DNA of 64,000 bases, from NCBI GenBank assembly GCA_031835245.2, contig JAVKOQ020000070.1, forward strand, positions 1 through 64,000, given 5' to 3'. The notes under the pieces are model-generated. The model had not been told where the DNA came from, made no database searches, and worked only from the letters and a program-made list of their open reading frames with translations. Position numbers and translations under genes: made by a program. How positions within the stretch are numbered: the first letter of the stretch is position 1; each line of letters starts with the position of its first letter. Below are positions 58,346 through 64,000 of the stretch, piece by piece. The stretch is from Balamuthia mandrillaris (Eukaryota).

Positions 58346-60038
58346 ATGAAGCGGCGGAGGGAGGGCATGCGAGAGGTGGAGGAGGTGGTGAAGCGTGTCT
58401 TTGCCCCGCACTGGTTGACGCGGTTGCCGCCTGACCGTTTGAGCGTGTGGAACAAGATAAGCCCTCGCTGGAAACCTGCCATCAAGACCTTGCTCTCCGT
58501 TTGTCCTGCCACCGAAGGCAATCGTGTCTCTCTCTTTGTGGATGGTTCGTCGCTACCCTTTTTTTTTTTGTGTTGGGTTTGATCAGCACACAAAAAATAA
58601 TATCACTCTTTTAATCCTCTCTTTGATTTGACTGCACTGACTCCTTTTGCCTTGTCTCCTTCTCTCTCTCGCGCTCTCTCTTTTCTCTCCTCTCTCTTTT
58701 GTCTTCTCTCCTCTCCCCTTATACAGGCGATGCGGCTTTTGAAGAGCAATGGAAGGCCATAGCAAACGTACGATTCCCTCTCCACCACAAAACTACATCA
58801 CAAAAACCTGTGATTAAACGGCGACGAACCAAACACAGGCGCGAAGACACGTGTGGTGGGCTGTCTACACAATATCCCCAGATCCGGTTGGGTTTCGCTC
58901 TTTGGCGCACCTGACGAAAGCCAAGGCTGCTGGCTGCGATGTACTTTTGCTCTATGATGCAGTTGGTTCCAGCAGCATGCGGTCTCGCCATTTTGCGGAC
59001 CTTCATAAACTTGACAGCGACTGTAACGATTCTACTTCTCTGCTTTCTCGCTCTCTCCTCACTCTCTCTTTCTCTCTCTCCTCCTCCTCCTCCTCCTCCT
59101 CCTCCTCCTCCTCCTCCTCCTCCTCCTCCTCCTCCTCCTCCTCCTCCTCCTCCTCCCTCCTCCTCCTCCTCCTCCTCCTCCTCCTCCTCCTCCCTCCTCC
59201 TCCTCCTCCTCCTCCTCCTCCTCCTCCTCCTCCTCCTCGCTTCTTTCACTCACTATTGATGCACTATAGCCACATTAGAGTTCAACCCTGTAATGCATGT
59301 GAAACACCTGTGGAAGTATTGGCCACCGGATGTTATCAGTATCATCAAAGGAGCTGGCTTCCGTCTTCACCACAAGATGCTGATAGCAGACGATGTAGCA
59401 TTCATAGGTTAGTTGCCTCTCTAGCTCTATTCTTTTTTGTCTGGTATATTTAATGTTGCGGCAATCTTCTACAGGAAGCATGAACATTGGAGAGGAGTAT
59501 GGAGGTGTGAAGTCAGGTGGCACGGGTACGTAGTTGGCCTCTCCACTACTCCCGTCACATTTCTCTCTGACTGCTGCGATTCGTTTATTTTTTTTTCTAC
59601 ACAATGTAGGCCTCTTTCGAGATACTACGTTGAAGTTGGAAGGACCTGCCGTACGAGATATTCAGCAAGTCTTCCTTGCTTCTTTACAAGAGGCGGCGGC
59701 TGAGACCGAACAAGCTAAAAGGTTACATTTCATAGTTGCTTGTTAGTTTAAATTCTCTTTGCTAAACGAACTGGTTCGACTCTAATAGAATAATGGAACG
59801 AGTTTCAAAACGGATAGCAGAAGAAGAACGAAGAAATCAGCAGGTTTTTGACGATGGCGTATTTGTTCAAGTCCTGCAATCCAACATTCGGAAAGAAGAA
59901 CGTAAGCTGCAAAAAGCCATGCGAGTAGCCTTGGCCAATGCCACAAACAATTGCTACTTGACTTCTCCCTATTTTTTGCCTCCTCGGGTTTTAAAGGTTT
60001 GGCCCTTTGTTTATTTTATTTAATTATATTATATGCAC

Positions 60039-60080
<42 letters not shown>

Positions 60081-60887
60081 CTCTCAAACTTAACAATCAA
60101 TACCATCAATATAACAGAGAGCAATTCTAAGGGCTAAGAAACGAGGGGTCGATGTTCGGATCATGACGGCTGGCTACAGCGATGTGCCCCTGGTTCGCTC
60201 CGCCAGTCAGCACATCTACTCCTCCTTTTTGAAGCGTGGCGTGAAAGTCTATGAAATGTTTGGTACGAAACACCACAAACGAACATTGCACGCTAAAACG
60301 GCCACTATCGACGGCATTTGCAGCATTGTTGGCTCCTTCAACCTTGATGCATGGAGTCATCATGGCAACATGGAACTCGTTGTCGCCACTTTGGACGCTA
60401 GCCTCGCTTCCCAATTAGAAACTCAAGTGAGTACTTGCTCTTGAGAACAAGCACTGTGCTTGCTATGGCTAACTTTCTTTCTGCTTCACAGTTTCATGAA
60501 GACTTGAAGCTATGCAAGGAAGTAACTTTGGAGGAGATGGAAAAGCGTCCAATCTTCGACAAGTTGAGCAGCTGGTTGTGGTACCAGTTTTTCACTATCT
60601 TTGGACCACCCAGCATACCCGACGATCCAACCGAAGGCGATGATGACGAGGAGGATGACGACGATGACGATGATGAAGACGACAGAACTACTTATCCATC
60701 CACCTCTCAAAAGGCATCCTCTGGCGATCGCTCCACTACTCCTCCTTTTGCTCCTACTCGCCCAGTTTCTCGCACAACTTCTTCTTTTGTTTCTGTGTTT
60801 TCTTCTCTCCCGTCCTCTCCCCTTTTTCTCTCTGCATCTCTCGTCCTAAGCTTACAACACTCCATCAAACGCTATTTTGCTTACTAA
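58346..60887 (+). CDS. Phospholipase D-type (bacterial-type) cardiolipin synthase-like protein
   Basis: GNRVSLFVDG, LLYDAVGS, two HKD-type motifs (LHHKMLIADD..GSMNIG; LHAKTATIDG...VGSFNLD), RDT..LEGPAV, SPYFLP. Confidence 0.85.
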
Positions 60888-60971
60888 AAGATGAAGAGAT
60901 GTTTGCTTTTTTTACGTCGTTCTGTTATTTTCTTGTTGTCTCTCTTTCCTCCTTCCATTTTATTTCACTAG

Positions 60972-62766
60972 CTATTCACAGGGAGAACACGCTACTAAAT
61001 CGAGATCGATAAGATGCAGCTGCTCCGTTAGTTCAGTCATCCGCTCCATTTCCTCGCTTATGTTGATGTTTTCTTCCCCTTCCTTCTCTTCTTTATGTTG
61101 GCGGAACAGCATTAACCTATCATTCGCCTTCGTTTGTTGTTGGGTTAGGTGAGAGTCTAGTTGTTGGATAGCTTCTAAGATGGCGCTTTTAATGCTCTGC
61201 AGCCTACCTTCGTTACTGCAAGAAGGCAATGAAAATGAGGTCGCAGAGGAAGAAGAAGAAGAAGATTCGAAGATACGAGAGGAAGAAGATGAAGAAAGAG
61301 CGGCTGAAACGAAAGACGAGGAAGACGTGGAAGAAAGAGAAGGCGAAGGAGGAGGGGCAGATGAAGGCGGAGAAAGTGCATCTAGCAGTTCATAAGTGAC
61401 TCTTTTTCCTTGCTCCCTTACTGCCAGCAAGTGTTTACCACTCAGAGAAGCAGAAGAAGCGTAGACAGTCGATGAATCGGGACATGAAGCCGATGATGAC
61501 GATAAAGATGAAGGCAATGAAGAGGAAGAAGAGGAGGGAGGCGAAAGCGAAGTATTCTTAGCAGTACGCGTTTTGTAAGCGATTAACGTTCGTTGTGCAT
61601 CTCGCAAGCATTCTTCCAAAAGATCGCCAACTCCTTGTTGCCTTTCAGGGGCAACAAAAGAGGAGGAGGAAGAAGAAGGAAAACTTATATCATGGCTAAT
61701 GAGATCTCCCAAAGAGCGCGGCGAGAGCCCATCCGAAGCGGAGTGTTCACTATCGCTTTCATCACTGCCGCCTTCCCCCTCATCGCTGCTCTCAAAGTCA
61801 TCATCCGCCTTTACCACTTCTGCCTCTTTCTCTTCTTCCTCTTCTTTATCCTCCTGCTTATCTACGCGAATGACTCTACGAACGTTATGGACACCATCTT
61901 CTGCTCTGTTAACAGTAATGCTCCACGTTCGCGTTCGATGACAAGTCGGAGAGACGATAGCAGGCTCTCGGGTTTCTGCTTCCTCTGCAGCAACTTTTTC
62001 TTTGTTGTTGCTCAACAACTTTCTTTCAGCCGCGGCAGTTGCTTTGCGCAGATCGTTCAGCCGCCTCTCCTCTTTCAGGCGTTCTCGCTTGAGGGCGGCC
62101 ACTTCCTCAAAGTGTTTTTGCATTTGCGACAAAATGTGATGATCCGGCGAGGAGGCAGCAGGTAAGGAAGAGGAGAAACGAGCTTGTTGTTGGAGCGTTG
62201 CAACCGCCTTTCCTATCACTTTCAGCCATTGTTTCTTTTCCTCTTTGGAGTTGCAACTTGCGGGGAAAAATAGGTAAGAAGACCCAAAATGAGAAAGAGA
62301 CGACAGCATAACAGACAAGAAAAAAACGAACCTGAGACAAAAGGTGCGTCGGGCAGTGTAGATAGCAAAGGCGTTGGGGCGTCGTATCTTTGGGTCTTGG
62401 GAAAGGTCCACTGCAGCCACGGCGTTTGTCAGGTTGATCACGCCCAACGCCTTGGATGAGGTTTCGCTGTGGTAGTATCTTACTTGAGATGGTTCCGAAA
62501 GCATCACAAAAAATCGTGTCTTCCTGGATGAAGGAAACAAGAAGGTGAGACATCAACTGCGGTACAGCAACTCAAAAAAAATAAGCAGTCGAGGTTATTG
62601 CCGTACCATTTCTTATGAAGGCGACCCTTCTTCTTCATCCAGCCTTGCTTCAAGACTGTGTAGAGTCAGCAGGAATTGAGAGTCAAAAAAAAAACAGTCA
62701 TCGGATTTTTTTTTGGGGTGGGGTGGGGAGTGGGGGGTGGGGAGGGTTACCTATGGGATCGTCCAT
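60972..62766 (-). CDS. PH-domain protein with coiled-coil and Ser-rich regions
   Basis: LKQGWMKKKG..KKW, RFFVML, LGVINL, FAIYTARRTFCL, EEKKQWLKVI. Confidence 0.8.
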
Positions 62767-63194
62767 GGTCAGCTGAACGCCAACAAATCCCCCAGGCAGT
62801 GGGCTGTGCTGGGTTTTCTGTTTGATTCCTTCTCCTGTGCCGCTCTATCTACATTTTCGTCCGAAGGGACGTCATCATCGGTTACCTATTTTCGTCAACT
62901 TTGTCGACAATTAGTTTTTCCTGATGGGTTTTCGATTAAATTTCGCATAGATGATCTGCAAACATCTGAGGGTTGGATCCCCATTTCAGGCAGCGGTAAG
63001 GACAGTTGTAGTGCCCCAAAGCGTCCTGATCTTCATGGCCGGTTACTCTCCCCGCTCTGTGGACAAGATTTACCCCCTCCCATTTTAATATCTGCGCTAC
63101 AACCAGAAAAGGGCAACAGGAAAGAAAGGCAAGGAGTGTGCAGTGGGAGAGAGCGAGAAGCACACCTCACCACGAGCAAACAAGAGGAGGGAGA

Positions 63195-63528
63195 ATGAGC
63201 TCCGTGCCGAGCAAACGTTTCCTCAAGTTCTTGCAACAGAGCGACCCAAAGAACAAGTGGTATGTGGGTGGGGGGGCCGCCCTGCTGGTGGTCGCTGTGG
63301 TGGCGGGGATGAACGCCCTCTCCACGCGCAGCAAAAAGGGGGAGGCAGAGTCCCTGCTGAAGAACACGGGGCAGGCCAAGACCAAGAAAGCGTCCGTCAA
63401 CAAGGAGTTCTTTCGTACCTTTTCCCGCTTTTGGCCTATCATTGTCCCAGGCGCGCTTTCTCGTGAGTCTTTTATCATGTTCATCATTGCGCTCATCTTG
63501 ATCGTATGCTCTCTTTTCTTGCCTTGCT

Positions 63529-63569
<41 letters not shown>

Positions 63570-64000
63570 ATCTCCCCATTTCAACTCTCTTTCTTCTTCT
63601 CAGTTCCTGCTGCTCTCCCTGTTCTCTCTTCTCTGTGCATTCATTCTCAGAGTAACTGACGTTTCGCACACGCAAACAAATAAAGTCAAGAACGTACTTG
63701 GACTTTTGGATGATAGCAAACAACGCCAACATAATGGGTGCTGTCGTGAAGCGGAATTACAAACAGTTTCTGCGCTATATCCTCGAATTCGGGTTCATGC
63801 AGATCCCTACCTCCTTCGTCAACAACATGCTTCACTTCCTCATTGATAAGCTTGCTCTTTGTTTCCGCGAAAGGTTCACTCTCTTGTTGCTTTTCTTGTT
63901 GTTGTTATTCATCTATTCTTTCTTTCTTCCTTTCTTCTTCTTCTTCTTCTTCTTCTTCTTCTTCTTCTTCTTCTTCTTCTTTTGCATTGTACTTCTTGTT
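63195..64000 (+). CDS. Peroxisomal ABC transporter subfamily D (PMP70-like), 5' part; runs off the window
   Basis: VNKEFFRTF..FWPIIVPG..SRE, RTYLDFWM, PTSFVNNML..L..KLALCFRER. Confidence 0.88.

Overview
Left end of a chromosome from an intron-rich eukaryote. It is probably an amoebozoan-type protist, inferred from the actin-fragmin-kinase-like gene, the PLD-type cardiolipin synthase and the CT-microsatellite introns. The window opens with (CCCTAA)n telomere. The first 12.6 kb is a tandem array of three related units (34-4300, 4323-10213, 10232-12579). Each unit ends in a conserved GAGTAC(T/C)C(G/T)C motif directly followed by about 3 CCCTAA repeats. Units 1 and 2 carry decayed, intron-containing genes for a tyrosine recombinase (R-K-HxxR-W-Y) fused to a C-terminal telobox-like Myb domain (DKWRNL). 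Unit 3 is a non-coding derivative. This looks like a telomere-targeted, RT-less tyrosine-recombinase DNA transposon family. From about 14 kb onward lies a dense, ordinary gene region: USP47-like, ETFDH, peroxiredoxin, Cramped/TKI1-like, PH-lipase, alpha-mannosidase, CDC123-like, PET100-like, POP4, ARF, DHX57-like, pyruvyl transferase-like, LRR, AFK-like, cardiolipin synthase, PH protein and the 5' part of an ABCD transporter. Gene coordinates are hand-estimated spans across introns, and no database searches were run.
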